From: the human T2T-CHM13v2.0 reference genome, Homo sapiens
DNA: 64,000 nt
NCBI RefSeq assembly: GCF_009914755.1
Contig: NC_060932.1
Strand: one strand, 5' to 3'
The notes under the pieces were generated by a model. It had not been told where the DNA came from. It saw nothing but the letters and a program-made list of their open reading frames with translations, and ran no database searches. Shown piece by piece: positions 27,020 to 41,750 of this stretch; position 1 is the stretch's first letter; each line of letters starts with the position of its first letter. Position numbers and translations under genes: made by a program.

Positions 27020-27920
27020 ACACTGCTCAGTCCATTTTTATGAGGTCCCTGCCCTGAACCAAGTGCTATGTCAGGTCCTGGATAAAGAAAGATGAACAGG
27101 ATATAGTTCTTGCTCTGAGGGAACTCACCAATCCAATCAGCCACTAGTGCCATGCAGTGCAATGAGGGCTCTGACAAGGGTAGGAACACCTGTTAGGAAA
27201 AGGATGGAGCAGAAGGTGTCTGGGTGGCCTTCTCCAGAGATGCCCAAGCTGCACCTTGAAGACTATGTCAAAGAGAACTAAGTAAGGCATATGGAGACAT
27301 TGTTCCAAGCAGAAAAGACAGTGGTACAGAACAGGTACAACAGAACACAGACTATTTAAAGAACTTCCAGTAGAACAGAAAGGCTGAGGCACGAGGTGGG
27401 TGTAGGTACACAGCCAATAGTGATGTTCAGGAGGTAGGGAGGGGTCAGATCATGAAGATCCTTGAATGTCACTTTGAAGAGTTTACTTATCGACTTACAG
27501 AGAATGGGAATGTTTAAGGGATTTAAAATAACAGACTAACAAAAACACATTTACTTTCCAGAAAGACGGCTTCAACAGCAGTGAGAAGAAGGAATCGGAG
27601 GTGTGCGAGGCAAGAATCAAAGAGAGCAGCTAGAAGATGTTTGCAGTAATCCAAGTAACCATGATCAAAGTCTGGGCGGAGACAGTGGCCGGGGAATCAG
27701 ACAGAAAGATCCACTTCTACTGATATTTGAGAAAGAATCGATAGAACATGGTGAACACTTGGCTTAGGGTAAGGTAGAAGGAGAAATTAGGTTTCTGGCT
27801 GGAGTCACTAAATAAGTGGAAACTGTCTTTAACAGAGACATGGATTGTTACAGAATAACGTCTACCAATTTGAGTGGAAAGGGTTGAGGTCAGACTCAAC
27901 CATGTTACATTTCAGGTACA
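27020..27920 (-). mobile_element. L2 fragment
   Basis: GCTCTGAGGGAACTCAC, GGTCAGATCATGAAGATCCTTGAATGTCA and GCAGTAATCCAAG motifs. Confidence 0.65.
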
Positions 27921-28094
27921 TTTCCCTGCCTGTAAGCCTTCCTATCTCTTATTTCATACTCTCTGACTGTCACTTTATGGCCATGCTGTAGTAAATACCC
28001 TTATGTCTATTCCTTTAGCATTTCGGTGTGATTTTTTTTTTTTTTTTCAGTATTTCCCTTGGTTTTAATCCCCTATGTATGTGCATCTTGAATC

Positions 28095-28384
28095 TTTTTT
28101 TTTTTTTTTTTTTTTTCTGAGATGGAGTCCTGCTCTGTCACCCAGGCTGGAGTGCAGTGGTGTAATCTCAGCTCACTCCACCTCCCAGATTCAAGTAATC
28201 CTCCTGCCTCAGCCTCCTGAGTAGTTGGGATTACAGGTGCCCACCACCATGCCTGGCTAATTTTTGTAGAGACGGGCTTTCACCATATTGGTCAAGCTGG
28301 TCTCAAACTCCTGACCTTAGGTGATCCACCTCTCTCAGCTTCCCACAGTGCTGGGATTACAGGCGTGAGCCACCACGCCTGGCC
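28095..28384 (-). mobile_element. AluS
   Basis: Antisense Alu with poly-T tail. TSD TGCATCTTGAATCTT at 28082-28096 and 28387-28401. Confidence 0.95.
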
Positions 28385-29639
28385 TATGCATCTTGAATCT
28401 TATTGGAGAGTTCAATATCCATTTATGCCCCAAGTCCTCTACTTTTGGGCACCCTCTGGTGCCCAGCACTGTGCTCAGATCATAGAAAATGCTATCCCCA
28501 CCCTGCTGTCAAGGCCGCAGGAAGAGCCAGCATCAGAAGCCTAGGAGACGATGTAGGCGGGAGAGACAAGACGCCCCCATCTCCTTCACTTCAAGAACAC
28601 GTGTCCCCCAGCATGGAGGGCAGGATAGAGCTGCTCATTTCATGTTAGCCCTTTTATGTTTCTGTTTTGAAATTTGATGTTCAAAAGCTCACAGGCTGTA
28701 GTAGGCAATCAATCCAAATGGAAATGTGTAAGGGCCAGCGGAGCAAGGAGAATGTGTTTCTGAGGGTGGGGGAGTATTTTTCTTAGGAATTTTTCTTGTG
28801 CCACACAGAAAAATCTTTGTAACAACAAAGAGAAAAGTCGTGAAGATGAATAGGGGTAATGAACTCCACTCTGTCTCTTCTATGCAGGGGAGTGGAGCTG
28901 CTCGAATGTGAATGTCCTGGCAGGAGGGGCGCAGCTGTGCTCACGGTGAGTGGGATGTGACCTTGAAGGGTTGGCGGACAGAAAGGAAAGAGGGAGAAGG
29001 GAAAAAGAGGCTGACCCTTTTTCAAAGGAAAGAAGGGGCGTTATGAACAACAATAAAGAGGAGGAGTGTTTTGATGAAGTGTGCGCCCTCCCAGAGGGAA
29101 AGAAAGAGTGAATTAACACCTGTTGAGTAACTATTATGTGCCAAGACCCCTTTTCTCATTTTGTTTAATTCTCTCAATATCTCTGAAGTCATTTTTGTTG
29201 TTATTATCGTCATTATTATTAGTATCATCCTAAGGGCATTCTTAACCACTCTTTCCTGCAGAAGGTCTCCAGCAGGTTTAATTCCGGCACTACCTCACTC
29301 AGTGTGAAGTCCATCGTCCCAGTGGCCTTTGCCATGGGCTGAGTGTGTGTCCTGCAGCATCATGAAGCTGGGAGAAGATGTCCACTTGGGTAATTCATTG
29401 AAGGACTGAACAAAATCTTGTGCTAATCTCCGATCAGTCACTCCCCTGAGCAGCCATCAAAGGAGGTTCTGGCTGCCAAGAAATGACCAGCTGGCCACAC
29501 AGGACCCCAAGGGAAAAGACAGCCAGGCTCTGGGGCAGATAACCGGCTCCCCAACGGCTTGTGGGAACCTTATGGTGGTCCCTGTGGCCTTTAGGTCTTG
29601 CTGGGCACTTGGAGCAGGCCAGGGGCTGTCTCTCTCTCT

Positions 29640-29941
29640 TTTTTCTTTCTCTTTTCTCTCTGTCTCACTCTGACGCCCAGTCTCGCTCTGGCACCCAGGG
29701 GCCATCTTGGCTCACTGCAACCTCCGCCTTGTGGTTCAAGTGATTCTTCTGCCCCAGCCTCCTAAGTAGCTGAGATTACAGGCATGTGTGCCATCACACC
29801 TGGCTAATTTTTTTGTATTTTAGTAGAGAAGTGGTTTCAACATATTGGCCAAGCTGGTCTTGAACTCCCAATCTCAAGTAATCTGCCCACCTCAGCTTCC
29901 CAAAGTGCTGGGATTACAGGCATAAGCCACTGTGCCCGGCC
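29640..29941 (-). mobile_element. AluS/J with internal deletion
   Basis: TCTCGCTCTG...CTTGGCTCACTGCAACCTCCGCC...CCCAAAGTGCTGGGATTACAGG...CCCGGCC; the CTGGAGTGCAGTGG segment is missing. Confidence 0.85.
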
Positions 29942-30699
29942 TGGCTGTCTCTATTTCTATTGATGACCTCACAGCCTGTAGACCCTAGGGTCTTACCACA
30001 TACATTTATTCTCTCTCCCATCCTTCCTGCAGCCTGGGAAGCTGTAGAAAGAAGGCTAGGTCTACTCTCCCTGGCACTTCTCCAGGACATTGGTTTGTAC
30101 CCACCAATCCCATCTCTATTGTCTCCTTGGCAAAACCCTCCTTCTCCCTTCTCATTTGTTCTCAGTTGACCTTTGGTGAAATGTTTCACTGGCAATAGTG
30201 ACTGAGCAAAGGCATCAGAAGATGAAGGCAAGGATACTCCAAAGTCTAAGTCTACATATTACACCTCACAGAGGGTTTCTCATGGAGAATACTTGGTCAT
30301 GACACCTGCTGGCAGAGGGTACACATCCCCAGCCTTCAGATTTCCGCAAAGCCATGCTGCTGCTGTGGATATCGGGTGCCACTATCACAGGGAAGAAGCT
30401 TCCTCTACTCTTTTTTCAGAGCTTTTATCCCATTGGCCTTGCCATGGCTTCTGCAGACTCTGGCTGTCTGCCTGACCACTCACCAGGGACAAGCAACGAG
30501 AGCCCTAACCAAGAGACTGGGCAGGTCACAGGCCAATTTTCCAAGCTCAATTTCCAGGCCGCCTTCCCTACCCCGCAGACCCCAGCTCCAGCTTTCTGAT
30601 ATGAAGCCCAGGGATCTACTAAGCCTAAAGCTACTTTTCCCTTTTCTTCAAAGGCAAGGAAGGATTTAACTTCCAAATCTTCTAGTGAAGAACAGAAAG

Positions 30700-30730
<31 letters not shown>
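30700..30730. repeat. A31 homopolymer
   Basis: 31 consecutive A. Confidence 0.95.
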
Positions 30731-30731
<1 letters not shown>

Positions 30732-30889
30732 CCCAATTTATTTTTTATTTATTTTTAAAGCATTCTTTAAATTTTTCTTTGTTCTGGTAAAATATACATA
30801 AAATGCAATTTAGCACTTTAACTAATTTTCAATGTTCAGACTTCAATGACATTCAGCCATCACTACCATCGATTTCCAGAACTTTCTGA

Positions 30890-31208
<319 letters not shown>

Positions 31209-31618
31209 CTCAAACTGAAATTCTATACCCATTAAACTGGAACTCCTCATAGACCCTCCCCCAGGCCCTGGTAATGACTATTCTCTTTGTGTCTCTATGA
31301 ATTTGAATGTTCTGGGCATTTCATATCAGTGGAATTATGTAATACTCATCTTTTTCTGTTTAGTTTATTTCACTTAGCATCATGTTTTCAAGGTTCATCC
31401 ATGTTGCAGCATGTGTCAGAATTTGTTTTTGAGGCCGAACAGTATTTCTTTGCATGCATATACTACATTTTGTTTATTCATTCATCTGTCCATGGGCATT
31501 TGGGTTGCTTCCACCTTTTACCTATTGTGAATAATGCTGCTATGAATTGGTGTGCAGGTTATCTGTTTCAGTCTCTGCTTTCAATTATTTTTGGTACATA
31601 CTTAGAGGTAGAACTGTG

Positions 31619-31937
<319 letters not shown>

Positions 31938-33259
31938 TAGAATTGTTAGATCGTATGGTAATTCTAGAGAAAACACCATACTGTTTTCCACAGCAGCTGC
32001 ACCATTTTACATTCTCACCAGCAATGCAAAAGGGTTCCAATTTCTCTGCATCCTCACCAACACTTGTTACTATTTTTTTTCTTATAGCCATTATAATGAA
32101 TGTGATAAAGTGTTCCTAATGGTCCTATTTTGCCAGGTTAACATCATCTTACAAATCAGAAAAGTGAGGCTCACCAAGGTTAACTGGCTTTTCTGCAAAT
32201 GTAAAGTTGCCTAAATGACAACAAGAGCTCCTTGTGCCCCCTCCCAGATCACACCTGACTAGTTGATTCTCCTCTTTACGTAAGCCTTGGTTGGAGGTTT
32301 AGAGGGTCTTGGAAAGTGTTTGAAGCAGAGATTTGAACACAATATGCACATGCTGTGAATATGATATAAAGATAATATGTGTATTATTAATACACCTCAA
32401 GGTGATCTTTCTTCTGAGTAAAGCTACCAGTCAACAGGAAACATGACGTTTCCAAGCCAAGGGGAGATCTAAATGTGAGCAAAGGAGAGAGAGAAAGCCC
32501 CCAACTCTCGCCTAAGCACCACAGATGCCATAGCCTTATCAGGAACATCAAACGCACCAGAGCTCCTCCCCAAGGAGAATGAACAGCAGCTCCAAACCCA
32601 CAAGACCCAAAAACTGTAGGGCCATGGAGATGATCTGCTCAGCATAGCAGTGGACCCATAGTAGCTGCTGGATGATGAGGGCATGACGAGCCATAAGGAG
32701 ACAATTGGAAGAGTGCCAGTTACCAAAGTTCTGTTAAGTGACAGGTGCCTCGCCCGACTCTGACAAGCATGCATTATCATCTCTGATTTATAGATGTTGA
32801 GAAACTGCAGCTCTGAGACAAAGTCACAGAACTTGCTGGCAAATGGAGTCAGGATCTGAGCTCTAATCTGGCTGGTTCTGAACCCACATACTTTCAACTT
32901 CAACCATTCTCACTGTGGGACACCTACGTAGAAATCCGGGAGCACCAAGCTGTGGGCCGGGAGGTAGGCCAAGCCATGGGGTGAGCATAGCATGGCTTTT
33001 GGAGCATCTTTTTTCTGCAAAATTTTGAGAAAAACAGCCAAAATCAAAACATTATTTTTATGTTAAAAATATAAATTACGGAGTAGAATGCAAAGTTCAC
33101 AAACATTTTCTAAGATAAAGCACACGGCTTCAAAGAAAGTTCACACTGACAGTTAGCTGCCTTAGGCAACACTCCCAGACCCCTGGGGTAGGTGTTCCTG
33201 CCTCTGCTATTGGGACTCCATCCAAGGAAAGCTCAGCCATGCTGTCCTATATTCGAGCA

Positions 33260-33730
33260 TGCAGTCTTGGGCTTTGGAGACCTACCAGCCTAGGTCTGAA
33301 TTCTGGTTCTCACTTGCCATCCATGGGAATTTGAGCTTTTTCTTTTTCCTTAGGCAAGTGATTTAACACATCTGGGCCTCATTTTTCTTATCTGTAAATT
33401 AGGAAAAAAAAACAGCATACCTATTTTATACAGTTACTATGAAGATTAAATAAGTAATACACATAAAGGATTTATAGTTGTGCCAGGCACATAGTAAGAA
33501 CTCTACAAGGGTTCTTTATCTGATCATTATTTACTCTGAGCCTGTTTATCTATAAAATCGTAAAATTTTATCTATATACCTTGTATATACCATATACATA
33601 AGTATATGTTATATATACTAACACGTACCTTGTAAGGGTGTCATGGGCATTACATGAAATGTTACATACACAACACAGTGCCTGGCAGGTAGTAAGTACT
33701 CCACAAATACTACATATACTGGTAGTTATT
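33260..33730 (+). mobile_element. MIR elements
   Basis: GGCAAGTGATTTAACACATCTGGGCCTCATTTTTCTTATCTGTAAA and GTGCCAGGCACATAGTAAG. Confidence 0.7.
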
Positions 33731-33837
33731 ATATCAGCACTGTGGCTATGGCATCACGACACCATTCCCAAGAGAAGTTCAAGTTATGACCTTAATCTGT
33801 TGATGCCAGGTTCATGCATTTCAACTTCAATTTTACC

Positions 33838-34779
<942 letters not shown>

Positions 34780-34791
34780 CACCCATTTTCT

Positions 34792-35194
<403 letters not shown>

Positions 35195-36814
35195 TAGGAA
35201 GGCTGTTGTTTTCACTGTGAGTCAAAGAAGGAATGTCCAGCAAGCCATATTCCTAGTCTGTATCTTTCCATCCCAAAGCATCCATCCTCCTTCAAAAAGG
35301 CTGACAGCACAGCCTCATCCCTCTTCACATACAGAATCTTTGTAAGCAGTGTACAATCAAGTGTGCTTTCCTTTGTGTCTGTCTTGTTTCTCCAATTAGA
35401 TTGTGAGCTCCCTGTGAAAGGGATGGAATTTTCACCTCTGGTGTGCAATTCGAGCCTAATAAAATGCAATGTAGCAACTGAAACCCACAAACCATGAGAT
35501 CTGTTTCTAGTTGGTTGGTCCAAATAAGGAGCCCCTTTTGTAATTGAAGGCATCATTTTGCCATTTTTTTTTCTGGCCCAAGCGGGCACACCTTGCTCTA
35601 ATGTGCACCTATCCATGGCACCCAAGACAACCTCCAGTGCACCCTCCAGTGTAGACGGTGTTGGGAACCCTGGTGGTGCTTAATAAATATCTGAAGATGG
35701 ATTCTATCATTTCTGAGTCTGAGTTTGGCATTCCCTTAGGAGGAACCAAGAACCTTGTGAACTGACAGTGAGGGTGCAGGCTCAGCACATCCTTCCTTAG
35801 GTATGATGTCTATGAACAATAATAATCTATAACTGAGTGCCTGGGGTATCACCACTTATGGGTATAAGCGACTGGGTCCTGTCAGTAACAATCCCCGAAC
35901 GGCCACGGTGACTGGATCCTGAGTGCAGGGCAGCACCAGCCCTGCTAAGTGCCCCCTGAACATCTTCCCGGTCACATCTGAGAATTTCTAGGCATACTGC
36001 CCATGCCGCAGGAGCATAGTTTCAGGCCTCCTGGAAAAGGCACTCCTCGAGAGCCTGGGTTCCTGAGAGAGCTGCCCAAGAGACCCCGTGCAGCACTGCC
36101 TGGTGCCTCAGAGGGTCTCTCTGTCCACGGCATCCACACTGAACCCTCAGGGCGCCAAAGCCACTTTTGATTTGAGAGGACCAGGTAGGGATGCCTCACA
36201 CCAAAACCCTCAGCCCCTAAGCAGAACCATTTGGATCCAGATCAACCAAGTCCAGCCCTTCAGCTTCTGAATCTGCCTACTCCTTCCTCACTTGATGGAA
36301 ATCAGTCACTCAGCGAGGGCAGGAGGAAAATGCTGACTGCTCTCCTCATCACTTCTGATCAGTCCCCAGCTCACTCACAATAGCAATAAGAGACGCAAAC
36401 AAACCTACCTCCCGGAATCTAAAAGACAGGGTAAAATGCATATTTAATAAAAAGCCTTAACACAGAACAGGTGTGCAAATGGCAGGCTCCCTGGATCCCC
36501 ATCGCAAGATTTACACAAAGATCAAATGAACTGGGGCTCAGCTAGGACACTTGGCTGCAAAAATTTATCTAGCTCTTTACACACCAGAAAACACATTCTC
36601 ATATATTATCTCAGTTGATCCTGATAAAAACTGCATGTTGAGCTCAGAGTTTTTATCCTATGTATGTTTTTCAGAGTGTAGAAAAAGTTTCAAATTAAGG
36701 AGCTTCAGGTACAGAGGAAATGTCTTAGAGGGGAAGTTGGAAAAGTCTAATGCTTATGCAGAAATATCAGCAAGGAAACAAAGCGTTTGGCTCCTGGGCC
36801 TGACACTTATGCAC

Positions 36815-36911
36815 TTACACGTGCATGTGAATGTGTGTGCACGCACATGTCTGTGTGCCCATGTGCGTTTGTGTATATGTGTGTGGGTGTACATGCATGT
36901 GTGTGCACACA
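36815..36911. repeat. Degenerate (TG)n alternating purine-pyrimidine tract
   Basis: CACGTGCATGTGAATGTGTGTGCACGCACATG...GTGTGTGCACACA. Confidence 0.8.
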
Positions 36912-37847
36912 ATCGCAGGCATTGAGAACTGACTGCAATGTTCTCTTGGAGGTCCAGGCTGGGAATGGAGAAGGCAAACTGCAAAGAACCCAGGGCTGAG
37001 AGTGGTTTCATTGTCTCGTATCATAACAAGGGCCTTCGAAACCTCCTGGGCGCTGTGCCACCCATCCTCTGGCCTGGGGACAAGCAATCTTGGCACGGTT
37101 TGCCCGCCTTCTGGTGAAGGTGCCAAGAACTGTTTCTTCACTGACCGTCTTCCCACTTTCTGTCCAAGGGACAGGCCAGATGGAAGAGGTCAGTGGAGGG
37201 GCAGCCGTTCCCTGGGCTGTCCTCCAGGCTGTCAATCCGCAATGATCAGCACATAGAGAGCAGTTTAGCTAAGGTGATGTCAGGAGCAGGAATAGAATGG
37301 TGACCATGGAGAGGAACTAGATGGGAAGGAGTGGTGGGCGGGCCTGGGCCCTGCTTTGACAGGAGTGCTGGTCACCATGTGAAGGTGGGTCCAAGGGCTG
37401 GGAGGGGCGTCCCGGAGCGGCAGGCCAGCAGTGAGGATGATACCTGCTCCTGAACCGCCCTGGAATCAGGTATCTTCTCCCACAGCATTCCCAGGATGGG
37501 TCAGAACCTTCTAGTGCCAGATTGCTGACCTTCAGGACCAGCTGTGGGGATGCAAAACACAAGAGATGATTTAAGTGACAGGAAAAGGAAAGAAGTGGAG
37601 AGATAAAGAGAAACATGGGACTGAAGGACTGTCTTGTACCTTCCAGCCCCATCTCATCGTCCAGCATTTGTGAGGCACTTAGTGAAGGTGGGAATAAAAG
37701 GCAGTGAATTGGATATCAGGGAAACTACAGGAAGGAGGATGCAGGATACAAAGGAAGAAAGGCAGGGAAAGGAGAGAAGAGGGAAGATGTTGAAAAAGTT
37801 GAAGGAAAAGCAAGGAAGGAGTGGAGAAAGGGGAGTAAGAATGTCAC

Positions 37848-38254
37848 TGATACAGTTTGGATCTGTGTCCCCACCCAAATCTCCTGTTGAAATGTAATCT
37901 TCAATGCCGAAGTGGGCACTAGTGGGAGGTGACTGGATCACGGGTACAGTTCCTAATGGTTTCGCACCAGCCTCCTAGCGTGCCCCCTAGTGCTGTTCTT
38001 ACCATAGAGTTCTCACAAGATCTGGTTGTTTGAAAGGGTGTGGTGCGTCCCCCTCTCCCTCCTGCTCTAGCCATGTAAGGCCTGCCTGTTTCCCCTTCCC
38101 CTTCCGCCATGATTGAAAGCTTCCTGTGGCCTCCCCAGAAGCCACTACGCTTCCTGTACCACCTGCAGAACTGCGAGCCAACTGCACCTCTTTTCTTTAT
38201 AAATTACCCAGTCTGAAGCATTTCCTTCTAACAGTGCAAGAACAGGCTAATGCA
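37848..38254 (+). mobile_element. MaLR solo LTR, MSTA/MSTB-like
   Basis: TGATACAGTTTGGATCTGTGTCCCCACCCAAATCTC start, TTTATAAATTACCCAGTC near the end. Flanks GTCAC/ATCAC are a 5-bp TSD with 1 mismatch. Confidence 0.9.
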
Positions 38255-38585
38255 ATCACCCAACAGGTGAGCAGACATCAGCAGACCCACAGAGCAAGTC
38301 TAGCCTTTAACCTTACAGAACAGTGTACTCCAGCCTAAAGCTGTGAACACAGAAAGAGAGAATGTCAGGTAGTGGAGAAAGGACAGATGTTTCAATTCCA
38401 AATGGGGCCTTCGCAGCTGTGGGACTACGGTCCACTGACCCTCCAAGCCTCAGTTTCCTTAACCATAAGATGGAAATCAAAGAACCTGGTTTTCAGAGTT
38501 GCCATAAGGAATGTGAGAAACAATGGCTATGCAAGCAGCAGCACAGGGCAACATAAAGGCAGGGGCTCAAACTTGGCCCAGCCAT

Positions 38586-39080
38586 TGTATTAGGCTTCTG
38601 GTGCCACCTAACAAATCACTGCACACTTAGTAGATTAAAGCAACCCCCATTCCTTATGTCACAGTTCCTGTGGGTCAAAAGCCCAGGCCCTACACTGAGT
38701 CCCCTGCTCAGGATCTCACTGGGCTACAATAACATGTCATCTGGGGCAACGATCTCATCTGAAGCTGGGGGTGCTCTTCCAAGGTCTCCAGGTGTTGGCA
38801 GAATTTAGCAACCAGTGGTTGCAGGTCTGAGGCCCTCAGCTCCGTCCGCCCACAGCTCCCTGCCATGTGGCCCTTCCCACATATGCCAGGGCCATGCAGG
38901 AGAGCATGTCTCTCTCCAGTTTGCTCAGACACACTCTAATACAATGTAACCTGATCACGGAGGGACATCTCAGCTTTGCTGCATTTTATTGCTTAGAAGC
39001 AAGTCAGAGGTTCCCCTGCCCTCAAAGAGAGAGGATTATACAAGGGCTTGACTCCTTCACTGTCACCGTAGGGTATGTCC
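38586..39080 (-). mobile_element. MaLR LTR, MLT1E/F-like
   Basis: TGTATTAGG...TAACAAATCAC...TCACAGTTCCTGTGGGTCA...GTTGGCAGAATT...TAGAAGCAAGTCA. Confidence 0.7.
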
Positions 39081-39396
39081 CTGGGCAAATGGGTCTCCTT
39101 GGTCTTCACTTTCCTTCTCTGTAAAATGATTATTTGCAACAATGCTTCCTCCATAACAGCAGTTATGATGGTTGAATTAATCAATAACTGTAAGGCACTT
39201 AGAATAATGTCTGGTCCATAGCACATATCATATGTGTTTATGACATGTGTTTTAAATAAATGAATGAATTTGAAAAAAACCTATCATGCAGCAAGCACTG
39301 AATAAAGGAGCAAATGTCTGAAGTTGACTGGTTAGTGCAGGCCCAGGAACTGGTAAAGGCAGGCCCAGGAACTGCCACCCTGGACCTGAAGGTGCT

Positions 39397-39700
39397 GGGT
39401 TTTGTTGTTGTTGTTGTTTGAGATGGATTCTCACTCTGTCACCCAGACTGGAGTGCAGTACACAAGCTCAGCTTACCTCAACCTCCATCTCCCAGGTTCA
39501 AGCGATTCTCCTCTTTCAGCCTCCTGAATAGCTGAGATTATAGGCGCGCGCCACGATGCCAGGCTAATTTTTGCATTTTTAGTAGAGACGGGGTTTGACC
39601 ATGTTGGCCAGGCTGGTCTCAAACTTCTAACCTCAAGCGATCCTCCAGCCTTGGCCTCCCAAAGTGCTGGGATTACAGGTGTGAGCCACCGTGCACGGCC
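39397..39700 (-). mobile_element. AluS with (TTG)n tail
   Basis: Flanks TGGACCTGAAGGTGCT / TGGACCTGAGAGTGCT form a degenerate TSD. Confidence 0.93.
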
Positions 39701-40776
39701 TGGACCTGAGAGTGCTCTTTCTCTCTGTGCTGTACCTCCCTTGGGGAGCAGAGAGACAGCAGTTTATGCTCTGGGTGGAGGCATCTGGAACTGGGGGGTG
39801 AGAAAGATACAGGAAAAAGACTCTTCCTTCCTGCAGGTCTCAGAGTGCAACCCCATTTCCTTCCGGCCCTGAACTCTCCCTCACAATCAAGGCCTTGCCT
39901 CTCCCTGGCCCAATGGACCCTGCAGCAGCCCCCATGCCCACTTCCTGCTCCCTGGCTCTCTTTACTTTTGGAGGAAGATGGGGTGTTCTGGGGAGCCGGG
40001 ACCTGGCCTCTCAGCCCTTGCCATCCCTCCAGCAGAAACCCAAGACAGCTGCCATCCCCATCCATCTTTCCCTTTCAAATCTAATTTATGTATAGCTTTT
40101 CTCATACTTGCAAACCATAAGAAACCCTTAAAACTAAAAAGCTGTTTCCCATTTCTGAGGTGGGTTCTGCTGGCTGCCACGCACGCTCACATGCATATAT
40201 TTGAACAAGTTTGATTCAGTGTAGCTGACACAAAAACCACTTAGTCGTTTCTCCTACATCATCCTAAGTTAATACTCCTGACAGGCTGCAGGAGGCTTTT
40301 CAGCAATTTTTCTATTTCAGCTATTTTCCCCTCTGCCTCCTGCCACTTCCCACCTCCCCTTTCCTTGCTGTAAAATTTGCTTTCCGCTCAAAAGCTGACC
40401 AAACCTTTGCAATTTGTATCCATCGCATCTTAAGACTAAATTGAAAGGCAAGCAGCAGCTCTAAACGGGAACGGGCCAGCCCAGCCTTGCAGGCATGGAT
40501 TCTATTTGTGCTTGATGTAGGGGAATTTAACTGTTCACGAAAGATAAGAGATGCGCTTGCTTCGTCCCTTCATCAGGGAGCTCCGACTTGGAGGGGGCGC
40601 TGCCGCCCTGGGCCGTTTCTGTCGTTCACCTGCTCAGCCTCCTGCCTCAGCTGGTCTGGCTTTTGTGTCCTGTGGCGGGAACCAGGCAGGATCCCCAAAG
40701 CCACAGGCTGCGTCTCAGACCATGGACGCCCGCGCCCAAAGGGGAGGGGCTGGCGTGTGCCGAACAAGTCAGATAT

Positions 40777-41248
40777 TCTCTCTCCCTCCCTCCCTCTCTG
40801 CTTCTGTCTCTCTCTATTCTAGTTTTTCTATCTCTATCTCCCTCTCATTCTCTGCCTCTCTGCCTCTGTCTCTGCCTCTGTTTCTAACTCTGCCTCTCAC
40901 TGTCTCTGCTTCTCTATCTCTGTCTCTGCCTGTTTCTAACTGTCTCTTCTGTCTCTCTACATCTGTCTCTTTGTCTCTGTCTCTGCCTCTTTTTGTCTCT
41001 GTCTCTTTTTGTCTCTGTCTCTATCTCTGTTTCTGTCTTTGTCTCTGTCTCAACTTGTCTGTCTCTCCCTCCCTCATCTCTGTCTCTATCTGTATCTTTT
41101 TATCTGTCTCTGTCTGCCTCTCTCTTTTTGTCTCTATCTCTGCCTCTCTGTCTTTTTGTCTCTGTCTCTGCCTCTGTCTCTGTATCTCATCTCTGTCTCT
41201 CATCTCTGTCTCTGTCTCTCCCCCTCTCTCATGCACACACACACACAC
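40777..41248. repeat. (TCTCTG)n/CT-rich tract ending in (CA)n
   Basis: About 450 bp of TCTCTG/TCTCTA/CCTCTG hexamer variants, then CACACACACACACAC. Confidence 0.92.
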
Positions 41249-41605
41249 CCAAAGCCTATGAGCCTGAGACCCTGATGTAAACCTTGGCCTCTCCTGCCAC
41301 CGCCCTTCACCTTGGCCTCCACTTCCCCGCCCTCTCCCCTCTCCCCTCTCCCAGGGTACCACACCGCCCCTGGGGTTCTTTTCAGCTGGATAATATGTGG
41401 GGGACAGGGGATCTGCAGGCCGGCCACCAGGAGCTCCGCTTCCCCCCAACACTAGCACTACCTAGGAATGTGACCGCAGCTCTGCCCACCCCCCTCGTCC
41501 TAGATCTCTCCCCACTTCAGCCCCTGCAGGAGGCCGACCTCCAACTCCTCCAGCCCTTCAGCCTGGAGACTGCCTGGCCATGGCCCGCAGCTTTCCAGGG
41601 CCAGG

Positions 41606-41624
41606 TGGCCAGCAGGGGGCACAC
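41606..41624 (+). promoter_or_regulatory. Predicted CTCF binding site
   Basis: TGGCCAGCAGGGGGCACAC closely matches the CTCF core TGGCCA(C/G)(C/T)AG(G/A)(G/T)GGC. Motif only; no occupancy data. Confidence 0.6.
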
Positions 41625-41649
41625 TGTCCCCGCAGCCGGCAGCCCAGCC

Positions 41650-41750
41650 AGTGACAGGCAGCGGGGAGGGGCGGGGGAGCGGCAGCGGCTAACCTTGCAG
41701 GGGAGGCAGTTATTTAAGGACCGAACTTCTCTGCTGCTGGCATCGTATTT
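41650..41750 (+). promoter_or_regulatory. Candidate core promoter (GC box plus TATA-like element)
   Basis: GGGGAGGGGCGGGGG at 41663-41677 and TATTTAA at 41711-41717, in a locally CpG-enriched unique segment. Confidence 0.35.

Noticed and set aside
40551-41261. 236-aa ATG-initiated ORF
   Set aside because: About two thirds is Ser/Leu translation of the (TCTCTG)n tract; no recognisable domain.
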